Source: Mytilus trossulus
Lineage: Eukaryota
Assembly (NCBI RefSeq): GCF_036588685.1
Contig: NC_086378.1
Location: 88,412,001-88,476,000 of the forward strand
Reading direction: 5' to 3'
DNA length: 64,000 nucleotides
Positions 37,701-49,700 of this stretch are shown here, in pieces; the first letter of the stretch is position 1; each line of letters begins with the position of its first letter. The notes beneath the pieces were generated by a model that was given only the letters and a program-made list of their open reading frames with translations, did no database searches and was not told where the DNA came from. Position numbers and translations under genes: made by a program.

Positions 37701-40700
37701 ATTGTAAAGATTAATTGAATGATTGTTATTTGCCTTCTTAGTCCAGTGACGAATATTTCATTCATGTTTAGGACGAGAACCAATAAGAAGTTTATTCGAT
37801 ATTAAAGTTCTGCAAAGTATGTGTCGACCAGGATTAAGGATGGATCCGTTGAATTGCCGCTAGAAAATTAGGATATGCGATAGGGAAATATGCTGCCTGA
37901 CAACAGGCCACCTTCGGGTCCCACAGAGTTGTTGCAAGGAATTTTTACTGTGCATAGAAAGAGGCCAGGTTTTAACTGTCGTAACGGGATAAGTCAAGAG
38001 ATGACTAAATTTATATAAACATCAGAGAAACTAGTCTTTAGAAAAAAGTCTTTAGATGTTGAAAGCCAAAAAAACAAAAACAAAAACAAAAACGAAAAAG
38101 AAAATCAAAGAAGCACAAAATATAGATTTTGTAAAGTAGTGTGCTCATTATATGTACCGGCATATTTGCTGCTTGCAATCTACTACTATTATTCAATGTT
38201 TGCATCACAGAAAATGTCATGCTAGTTTATTTTCGCAATCAATCCTAAAATACTTTTTGTAGGTGTCATTTCCACATTTTACCGTAGTACGATCTATAGT
38301 GACTGCGGGGAGATATACAACCGAATCACGAAATGAATGGGTAACGGCTTACAGAGTTATATACAGTAAGGATGGAATAAACTGGGATAAATACAAAGAT
38401 AACAAAGGCAAAATACTGGTGAGTTGAAATGGTAACCTTAGAAATACAAACTAATATTTGCAAGACAAAAAAGTGTACTCTATTGTCTTCTGAATGCACA
38501 CCTTCGTTGATATGTGTTATTGGGGTGCTATCTCAATAACAAAATCGAAATGAAATTCATCCACAATTTGTGTATATATTACAATCTTTAAAATATCTAT
38601 ATATTCCATAATATAAAACAATAGATTCTTTTTATAAAATGCAAATATAAATTTGAAAGATCATATTAACTTGTCTAATTTGATAAGCTATAGAGGAACA
38701 GAGAAATGGTGACTATTAGCAAACCTAGTGCACGTCCTATTATAAAAAGCAAAAAAATCTAGAGTGAAAAATTAAACCATCTACGAAAATGTATTTCATT
38801 AAAAGTATTTTTTTAAAAGATCTTACAAAAGTGAACGACAAAAATATATTACATTTTTCGATACATTACAGAATTTTGCAGCGAACTTTGATAAATCGAC
38901 CCCGGTATCTACTGTACTACCCATACCTGTTGTTGCTAGATATCTTCGTCTACAACCGACATCATGGAACCAGAAGATATCTCTCAGATTTGACGTGGTT
39001 GGATGTTTACTACCTAGAGGTAATATTTTGTAATGATTTTTTTCAAATTAAGTGTTACTGTTTTTTGGAGGCGTCATTTTGTTTTTATAGATTTTACATG
39101 AGATACATAAGAAAAAGAGACTTAAAATATTGTATTAAAATTGTATATTTATAATTTGTTTGCAAGAAATAAATTGATTTCATATTGATAAAATTTTAGA
39201 AGGTTTTTCTATATGAATTGGATTTTGAATAAATAAGCATATTCACCTGCGGAAAAGGATATTCACCGCGCAAAACGTCGCGTGCTTTTACGCGCATAAT
39301 TTTGATGAAAAAACGTTTGATGTACAATTGGTTTTGGTAAATAATTGCCATTACATACATTTCTCTCGGAATATGGAATAAAACAATTACTGTCTTTTGT
39401 TTCGGTAAAAATGTAGTTTAATTGACTTTTGAAAAACTGATATTCACTTCGGCCGTTGGCCTCAGTGAATATCAGTTTTTAAAAAGTCAATAAAACTACA
39501 TATTTACCTCACCAAAAAGACAGTAATTGTATAGTATTCAATCATTCTCTATTGATAACAATTAACAGTCCTCTTCCATATCAATAGCTGAAGTTTCCAT
39601 GTTCAAATTTACACGAAACACTGATTTTGTTGAAAAAAAGGTCTTTAAAAAAAATGTTTTTGACTCATTCATAATTTAATGATCTTTAATAAATGGTTTT
39701 TTTCAGAGCTGCGTATAACAAAGGAAGACACTGGGAAATTAAACTTGCTCATTCCGAATCATTTAGACATCCAATGTAACTACACTGGTCCATTCAGACC
39801 TAACATTGTGTGGTATAAAGATGGCGTTAGAATCTTGGATAGTTCTGGATTCACGCAAACAGTAAACACGTCTTGGCTTGACGACAAGATTGTGTCTACA
39901 GCTTCTCTGACAAGGGAGATAACTATGTACAATGATTCAGGACTGTATACCTGTGTCGACAGAACGAGCAAACAAAATAAGTCTGTCACAGTGGAAGCTG
40001 GTAGGTTCTGTAAAAACATTACATAATCTCTAAAAACATATTCAGAAATTATTATTAAACAAGATAAAAATGATATGACTACTGACAGTTATACGCTTTA
40101 TAACAGTAGGAATTTTGATCTATACTAGTATTTTATTTTATTTTTTACAAGTGTTTTGCTAGCCTTTGAATAACGTATATTTTCTATTCGCGGTTTTAAT
40201 TGAAACTTCCCATACAATCTTTCAGTTTTTGTATAAAGGTTTAAATACATGCAACAGTTTGAAAATATGTTAAATGCAGAAATACCATAAGCACTAACAT
40301 CATAAGATCTTAGAATTGAGTAACTATTTATCATTTCATTGTACATTTAAACCTTACTGTTTTGATTTCAGCACAATTGAAAATGAACCCAAATTTTAAA
40401 CGAGTATGGGTTCTAAAAAATACGGAGCTTGAAATTTCTTGTAAATATTCTGGTTCAAAGACCAAACAAATATCATGGACTCACAACAGCAATAGAAATG
40501 TACAAAGTTTAGGATTTAATGTGGTGACAAAAACCAAATTTGAGCACAGTGTTTCCCACACTACATCGACAATAACCAAGGACACTACCACATTGAATAA
40601 TGTAAACAATATCACGTGTTCTGAAGGGGATCTGTCTAGGACTATACAAGTGAGAGTGTTGACAGGTCAGTAAAACATAAGCTTATTGATCGGCTACTAT

Positions 40701-43700
40701 AATCTATAACAAAAGTGATAATTTTAATTTCCAATTTGTGAATTTTCCTATTCTGAGTAGCAACATACCTTGCTTATATGCAAAAGTTCACTTCCCACTA
40801 GAATGAGGATAGTCAAGGAATTGGCAATGCACTTATAGTTGTCATATCATTCAGTTACTTGTGGTCTTTTCATTTTCTTTATCTTCTTGTATCAAAGTAC
40901 ATGTAAAATTTCACTTCCGAAGAGCTCAACCGCATGAGGATAGTCAAGGAATTTGTCACAGATGACGGTCGACAAATGTATTTCATTTTTTTTTACTATT
41001 TCAATCCTTGTAAAATGTGAATAATTACAGGCTTTAGCGATTGGACAATACCACATATTTCCCATGCGATACAGGATATGCTTAAATACACAGGCATTTT
41101 TTTCCAACGTGATTTTAACATGAGAATCACGTGATATTCACGTTGTCCACACCACGTGAGTAGAACGTGAAACGAGCAGAAACGTAATATTCACGTTGTG
41201 AGCACAAACGTGACAAAACGTTGTTCACACGTGATATTCACGTTGTGTATAATGCCACATGATATCAACGTGATAATACAACGTGATATTCAGGTTTAAT
41301 ATATACCACGTGATATAAACGTGATAATACAACAGGATATTCATGTGAAGCAGCCATTGGAAAATATGAAATATTGTCTTTGTTGTACTTATTGACATAT
41401 CATTTTTTTCTTGGTCATCTCTATTTGAAGATGATTCTCTGGTTCTTTATCTTAAAAGTCTTGGTCATCTCTATTTGAAGATGATTCTCTGGTTCTTTAT
41501 CTTAAAAGAGGGACGAAAGACACCAAAGGGACAGTCAAACTCGTAAATCTAAAACAACTGACAACGCCATGGCTAAAAATGAAAAAGACAAACAGAAAAA
41601 CAATAGTACACATGACACAACATAGAAAACTAAAGAATAAACAACACGAACCCCACCAAAAACTAGGGGTGATCTCAGGTGCTCCGGAAGGGTAAGCAGA
41701 TCCTGCTCCACATGCGGCACCCGTCGTGTTGCTTATGTGATTACAAATCCGGTAAATAGTCTAATTCGGTAGGTCAAATTCATGAAAGGGAAGGGGATTG
41801 TAGTTACGACGTAAGGAACATATCCGATATCATTTGTGAAACGGTTATTCCATAACGGTCAACCAACTCGTGATGGCGTCCGTAAAATTTACGAAGGGAT
41901 GATTTCAACTTTACCATTTGGAACTCTTGGTTTAATAGCTTCCTTGTGAGCCGTAACCCTCTATCAAGAAAATCATGATAGGAAATGCAAGCACGGGAAT
42001 ATCGTATCAATTGGGAGATATATACCCCGTATGCAGGTGCTGCTGGAATGTTGCTACTTAGAAATGGAAAGTTCACAATTGGAAAGCTGAAATCATCTCT
42101 TTTGTCGTAAAGTTTTGTCTTCAACCGACCCTCATTGTCAATTTCTAGATGTAAGTCAAGATATGAAGCCGACTTAACTGTATCTGTAGTATCCTTTATC
42201 TCCAATTCGATGGGATAGATGCGATCCACATAGTCACCAAATTTTGAATTGTTTAGTGAAAGAACGTCATCTATATAGCGGAAAGTAGAATTAAAGGATA
42301 TTGCTAACTTCTTATCTTTCTTCCTAAGAAGTTCCTGCATGAAGTCAGCCTCATAATAATAAAGAAACAAGTCAGCAAGTAGAGGGGCACAGTTTGTTCC
42401 CATTGGGATGCCGACAGTCTGTTGAAAAACACGTCCTCCGAACGTAACAAATATGTTGTCAATTAAGAAATCAAGCATCTTGATAATATCGGTTTCAGAG
42501 AATTTTTTGTTTGAATCAGAATGGTTCTTTACAAAGTATGATTTATCCCTCCCTAAGACAAGATACTTGTATCTACGTTGGCCATTCTTTTTTATGAAGC
42601 AAAGTAATACCAACTCTTTTAATTTGTCTTTTAGTTTGGAATGTGGAATACTTGTGTAAAGAGTAGAAAAGTCAAATGTTTTAATACTATTACAAGATGA
42701 AAGAGAGTTAGATTGTATGTACTCTAAAAGATCTTTGGAATTTTTAAGTATCCACATCTGATTCACGCCACCTCTAGAATAGGCAGTTTCACAATAACTT
42801 TGAAGCCCGTCTTTGATTGCTGATAAAATGGATGTTAATAATTTAGAAAGGGGTTTCGTGGAGCACTTGGAAGACCCAGCAATATACCGTTGTTTGTAAG
42901 GACATTTATGTAGTTTAGGTATCCAATACAGTGATGGAAGATCCAGTTCTTCATCTTTGGTTGAAATACCAAAGGAACAAAGAACAGACCTATGATTATC
43001 CAGGATTTCCTCTTTGGTAAGTGTCGTGAGGGTATATGTTGGGTTTCCAAGTGAATTGTCTATACCTAATTCGTTTATCAAGCAATTAATGTAATGACTT
43101 TTACAGATAAAAACGATGTTATTTGGGGCTTTGTCTGCGGGGACAACAACATATTCATCATGGAGGTCAGATAGGTGTTTAGCAACATTTGGATCTTTGA
43201 AGATTGACGTAGCATGGGCATTGATGGACCCATTCAGTTTCTTAATTCTGATTTGTATTAACGACCTCACTGCCTTAATCCATTCGGATAGAGTGTCTAC
43301 GTCTTCCTTCTCGCGCTTAGCCCATTGCCTGGCATAATCCTCGACTGAATCCATCAAAATTTTAAAGTTGTGTTTCCAATTGATGGATTTAGGCTCACGA
43401 TATTTCGGACCTTTCGATAACACGTTTCGTAGAGAAGTGTTATTAACAATGTTAAGGTCACCGGTAATAACGTGGCCAGCAGGATTATATGTGAATTGGG
43501 AACTAGCACAAGTGCAATCAGGAGGTTTAGACTTGAAGTCGTCAATATCGAGATCCTGCAAAACGCGTTTGTAATTGAAAATTTTAGTTGCAATAGGTTT
43601 GGTATAGGTATAAGAAATTATTAGTACAGACTGGTCTTTGAAATAAGGAGGTATTTTCGATTGAACTAATTTATGATGAAGGATATTGCCTAGGTTGACG

Positions 43701-46700
43701 CCATCGAGACCTTTGTTGGCAAAGGAAAGATTTAGAAAAGATCTTTTCTCTTTTTCATCTTTTCCAATGCGAACTGGCTTGAAAAGTCTGTGACTAGCAA
43801 TATCCGAAATTATAGCTTGTAGTTTGTACTGGTTTGAATGAGGGTTTGTTACAGTGGATTCCAAACATAAATTGAACAGAGAATGAAGTTTTGAAAGGGG
43901 TAATGAATAAAGTTTCGTGCGAATGTGATGAATACCTAACGGTTTTTGTATGCATGGCAGCAAGTCATTAATAGAGACATCATGCAGAGAGGGTGATGTA
44001 TAATGACGATGGCCATGACTACGTCTACGTCGAGGAGTCGAGTTGAAAATATTCATCACATTCACCGAGTTACACGAAGGACTAGATAGAATACCTATAC
44101 CATCAATTTTGTCATTGCAGCCATACGGTGTTGCAGTTCCCAATTGTCTAATCCAGTAGTCTTCTTTTTGTCTACGGAGAGTCGTTGAAAGATTAGGATT
44201 GTTCGAGCTATGGTATATTTTTTCAATAATTCGAACTGTCATAGAAACGATGGAATGATCGGGCTGATTGAAATGCTGGTATAGAACGTCGTTAGCATTG
44301 AGGTTAATGTCTGATCTATGACCGCACATACGTTTGTTTAGCCTTCCTTTCGTTTCACCGACGTATACCAAGCCGCAAAGGTTGCACTCTAATCCGTAGA
44401 CGACATTTATCGATTTACAATTCAGATCATCGTAACTTCTGGTAAAATATGACTTCTTGGTCAAATTGCTAGTGAATTCAGCATCTGTAATTAAAATAGC
44501 ACAAGTTTTGCAGCCTTTGGTCTCACATTTTGAAATGCGACAGTGTTGTACTGTGTCATCAAAAACCAAAATGTCTTTAAGGAGAACTGAACAAGGCTGT
44601 ATATGTGTAATATTGCTGTTGTCACTAGGACGATGATCTGAATGAGTCGTGTTTAGGTTATTTGTCATGTCTGGTGATGAGGGGACACCTGCCGTATCAG
44701 ACGACACCGTGTCCATGGTGACGTCTGTTTCGGACCTTTTTATACTGGGCGACGTCCGAGCCAGTTTCCTGTTAGTTCTTCGTAAGTGTTTAAAAGTAGG
44801 GTAAAAGTGATGTAAACATCAATAAATTGTCTTGTAGGTTATAACTGATTATCAGCTACCTCATATGCATGTTTAATGTACCTGTTGTCATCCTGAATAT
44901 GTATGTAATATTTGCAGCTGGATGTTAAGCATACATCAAAACTCAACTATAATTACAATATATTTTAATCCAAATCTTATTGTCAATGTTTGAAAGGAAG
45001 TTGAATTCGAAATTGTACAACAAATTATGCATAACCAAATGTATACCAAACAACATTTCAATACAAACAAACTAGTTTACAATGTCCATTCTTTAATTTC
45101 CTCAATGCTCTTCAAATTTGTACTTGTTTGGCTTTATAAAATATTTTGATATGAGTGTCACTGATGAGTCAAGATTGTGTAGAGGAAACGTGCGTCTGGC
45201 GTACTAAATTATAATCCTGGTATCTTTGATAACTATTAAGAGTTATGTCCCTTGTATGTTTAACATGATCTAAAAATAATCAGCTTATGACTAAAAAATT
45301 GTCCCTATCAAAGACATATATAACTAAATGTTTAATAAGAAAAAAACACTTTCCAACTTGAAATTCAATTATATTTATATTTAAGAATATGTTAAACAGT
45401 TCACATTCGATAAGTTAAAATTACTGAAATAGTGACAAATAATATTTGAATGTTCTATCTTCTAAAGGCTCCACTCTTTGATTTCTTCTTCATCTGAAAG
45501 GATAAAAAAAAAATTCTATTTATTGTTATAAGTATTATCTTATATTAGCATACGTAATGAAAGCTTTACTAGTATTTTAATTCTAATATGAATGTTGCTG
45601 TTGCTTAAATGTAAACAACAATGTGAGGGCTGTTCCAAAAATAAAAGTAGATAAGGGGGAGGAAGGCACTTTTTATTTGACCCCAACATGCATACATTTT
45701 AATTTGGATATTTCATTTAAATGTTCAAGCAGTGTTCTTAAATAACTACCACCCATCAAATTTTAATAAAAGTTCTTGGAAAAAGTCCTATTAAAATTCT
45801 CAATTGATCCAGCTTTCGGTAAATGGAAGTACTCTCAGATCTTTACTTACTGTCTTTTTGTTGTTGGATGTACAATTACAAATCCATGTCCACTTTGTGT
45901 TTTTGTTATATTTGTATTTCTATTTGTATCCATCTAATATTCTGTATGTATGTGCGTGTCCCAAGTAAGGAGCCTGTAGTTCAGTGATTGCTGTTTGTTG
46001 CTGTGTTACATAATATTTTTTTTTATTGTTTGGTACATAAATAAGGCTGTCAGTTTTCTCAATTGAATTCTTTAAAGTTTGTGATTTATCATGTAGCTGA
46101 CTGTGGTATGGGCTTTGCTCATTTTTGAAGGCTATACAGTGACCTATAGGTCATATTTCCTGTTTTATTTGGTCTCTTGTGGAGAGTTGCTTTATCAGCT
46201 AACGCTCAGGATAACATTTGAATATCACAACCAAGGCCATGTGTAAATTTCCAACAAATCTATGGCTTCCATGAATTATTTCTTAAATAAAAAAAATTTT
46301 TAACCACAGACTGAACTATATATATAGACAACTATACATTATGGATTTTTTTCATTGTTATGGATATACAGTTGCCCATAATTGCTCACATCCACTTTAT
46401 TTGAACTTTGGTGGATAGTTGTCTAATTGGCAATCATACCGTATCTTCTCATTTTAATCATTTCTATTATAGCCTGTTTTATTCAACTTATCAGAATCTA
46501 AATAAGTGCATTTTGTATTCTATTTTCAAAAGTGTGATACACACGTGTGAAAAACGTTATTCTCACGTGATGAGCACAAACGTGAAACACACGTTGGAAA
46601 AAATTGCCTGTGTATCTGTAGTACTTTTGTTTTTTTTGAGAGTTCGACACGACGTTTCATTTAAAATTGAGAGTGGATATGAGGAATGTGTCAAACCGAC

Positions 46701-49700
46701 AACAACCCGACATTTGTGTTCATATATATGTTTGTTCTTTGCCAGTTTTTTTCTCCTTTCAGACTGTTTTGTTGTTTCTTTGTATGATCACATTTGTTAT
46801 ATTTTCGTACAATTGTTTTGTTGTTCCTCCATACGACTGTTTTATCGTTTCTCCTTACGAAAAGTGTGTTGAAACTCCGTGCGACTGGTTTTTTAATATA
46901 TATTTCTGTACATCTGTTTTGTTGTTTTTCTATAAGAATGCTTTGTTGTTCCTCCATAAGACTGTTTTGTTGTTTTTCCTTACGAATGGTTTGTTGTTTC
47001 TACTGCATGACTGCTTTGTTGTTTATCCTAATGGATAATTTGTTGTTTCTACATACGACTGTTTTGTTGTTTCTCCCTATGACTGCTTTGTTGTTTATCC
47101 TGTTTATCCTTATGGATAATTTGTTGTTTCTCCATACGATTGTTTTGTGGATTCTCTGTAAAACTGTTTTGTTGTTTCTCCTTTCGGACAATTGGTTAAA
47201 AACTACAAAAAAGTAAAAATGACTTTGCTTGAATTTTATTCGTTTAATAGGAGAGGGACATTCACAGTATTTGGTACTTGGTGAAGACTTGGTATTATCA
47301 TGTGAAATAGGGAAAGTAGACGTCGCCACCGAAATGTATTGGACTAAAAATCACAAGCCACTAAACATGATAGAATCATTGAGAGGGAAATACAAATACA
47401 GTTCTGACACTATGACCTTATCAATTCAGAATGCAGGTACTTATGGATGTCATACCATTCAGTTAATTGTGGTCATTTCATTTCCCTATCTCCTTGTAGA
47501 AAAGTAGTAAAAACATTCTTTTAATACAAAGTATATTAGGCGTCTTGATTTACTTGAAATGACAGAAATACAATTACAACTTCAACTTTAACGTATATAG
47601 TATGTATTCTGAATATATGTTAAAAATACACTTTCGAATAATTGGTTAAATATATTTTGGCTTTTAATCAAGTTTTTCAATTGCCTATTGTACGCAAGAA
47701 ACATGATATATTCGGTTCATTAGTTAAAATAGTATTTTTTTTCTTCTGCTTGTCTACTTTGTTTTAATTCATAGAACTGCAATTGAACTTTATAGACTTC
47801 AACAATATTTAATATTTTCGGTTCTTTGCCTGGTTAACAATTTGTTCTTGCTTTTTATACCACAAAATGAAGCATAACATATTGAGAGCTTACATGGCTG
47901 TTCGATTACTACTATGTTGGTGTTTTATTGTAGACATAGTAGATGCAGGTCATTACGAATGCAATATACTACTGGAAGTTGGGAGCAGCCAACAACAGCA
48001 TTTGACTTTACCCATAGAAGTCAATTGTAAGTATATAGCCACTGAAATAGTTACCTCAATATTTTCCCTACAAAAAAGGAATTGTTTGACCCAAATAAAA
48101 TAAAAACTGTTAGTTTTTTTAATATGTTTGAAATCTTCAAACAAACTTTGTAGATTTAAAGTATCTGAAGCGCTATTGTGGATTAAGGATGTTCGCTACT
48201 CTGTTAAAAAAATAACAAAATTATTATGAATTGATAGTATATTAATAAAGAAATTAAACTAGAGGCTCTCAAGAGCCTGTATTGCTCACCTGACTCTATT
48301 TGGGTTTTTGAATTCATATAAAAAAAGATAAAATTTGGCTATAAAGTAACAACACTTGGTCAGCACCAGATAAGAAACATTCATGCTATGTTTGGTTGCA
48401 TTCCATTCAGTGGTTCTCTAAAAGAAGACATTTGTATGTATTTCCCATAGGGTCCTATGTTAAACTAAGTCCCCCGCTGGCGGCCATCTTGGATAATGGA
48501 TCGGCTACAAAGTAACAACACTTGGTCAGCACCTCATAAGGAACATTCATCCCATGTTTGGTTTCATTCCATTCAGTGGTTCTTTAAAAGAAGTCATTTG
48601 TATGCATTTCCCATAGGGTCCTATGTTAAACCAAGTCCCCTGCTGGCGTCCATCTTAGATGATGGATCGGCTACAAAGTAACAACACTTTGTCATCACCT
48701 CATTAGGAACATTTATCCCATGTTTGGTTTCATTCCATTCAGTGGTTTTCTAAAAGAAGTCATTTGTATGCATTTCCAATATGGTCCTATGTTAAACTAA
48801 ATCCACCGCTGGCAGCCATCTTGGATGATGGATCGGCTACAAAGTAACAACACTTGATCAGCATCTCATGAGGAACATTCTTGCCATGTTTGGTTTCATT
48901 CCATTCTGTGGTTCTCTAAAAGAAGTCATTTGTATGTATTTCCCATAGGGTCCTATGTTAAACTAAGTCCACCGCTGGCGGCCATCTTGGATGATGGATC
49001 GGCTACAAAGTAACAACACTTGGTCAGCACCTCATGAGGAACATTCCTGCCATGTTTAGTTTCATTCCATTTAGTGGTTCTCTAAAAGAAGTCATTTGTA
49101 TGCATTTCCCATAGGGTCCTATGTTAAACTAAGTCCCCCGCTGGCGGCCATCTTGGATGATGGATCGGCTACAAAGTAACAACACTTGGTCAGCACCTCA
49201 TAAGGAACATTCATCCCATGTTTGGTTTCATTCCATTCAGTGGTTCTTTAAAAGAAGTCATTTGTATGCATTTCCCATAGGGTCCTATGTTAAACTAAGT
49301 CCCCCGCTGGCGGCCATCTTGGATGATGGATCGGCTACAAAGTAACAACACTTAGTCAGCACTTCATAAGGAACATTCATGCCATGTTTGGTTTCATTCC
49401 ATTCTGTGGTTCTCTAAAAGAAGTCATTTGTATGTATTTCCCATAGGGTCCTATGTTAAACTAAGTCCACCGCTGGCGGCCATCTTGGATGATGGATCGG
49501 CTACAAAGTAACAACACTTGGTCAGCACCTCATGAGGAACATTCCTGCCATGTTTAGTTTCATTCCATTCAGTGGTTCTCTAAAATGTTAACGACGACGA
49601 CGACGGACGACGGACGCCAAGTGATGAGAAAAGCTCACTTGGCCCTTCGGGCCAGGTGAGCTAAAAAGGAGAGAAAAAATGGAGGGTCCGTGTGCTCGTT

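Larger units (their letters stand above)
41089..46612. mobile_element. Non-autonomous TIR DNA element (23-bp TIRs, TA target duplication) enclosing the Naiad element
   Basis: Left end ta|cacaggcatttttttccaacgtg; right end cacgttggaaaaaattgcctgtg|ta (1 mismatch). Subterminal arrays of (C/A)ACGTG motifs at 41107-41345 and 46540-46595. Confidence 0.75.

Noticed and set aside
41535-41720. Hydrophobic 61-aa ORF in the Naiad 3'UTR (similar ORFs at 17095-17292, 25014-25517)
   Set aside because: T-rich UTR sequence; start and stop positions are not conserved between copies.
41503-44716. Selenoprotein-type Naiad
   Set aside because: No in-frame UGA; ORF ends with TAA; no SECIS recognised.
44717-44760. 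Hammerhead in the Naiad 5' leader (minus strand ggtcc-gaaac-agac-gtc)
   Set aside because: The required upstream CUGANGA is absent.
46408-47329. Cluster of overlapping hydrophobic/Cys-rich ORFs
   Set aside because: Products of a T-rich degenerate minisatellite.
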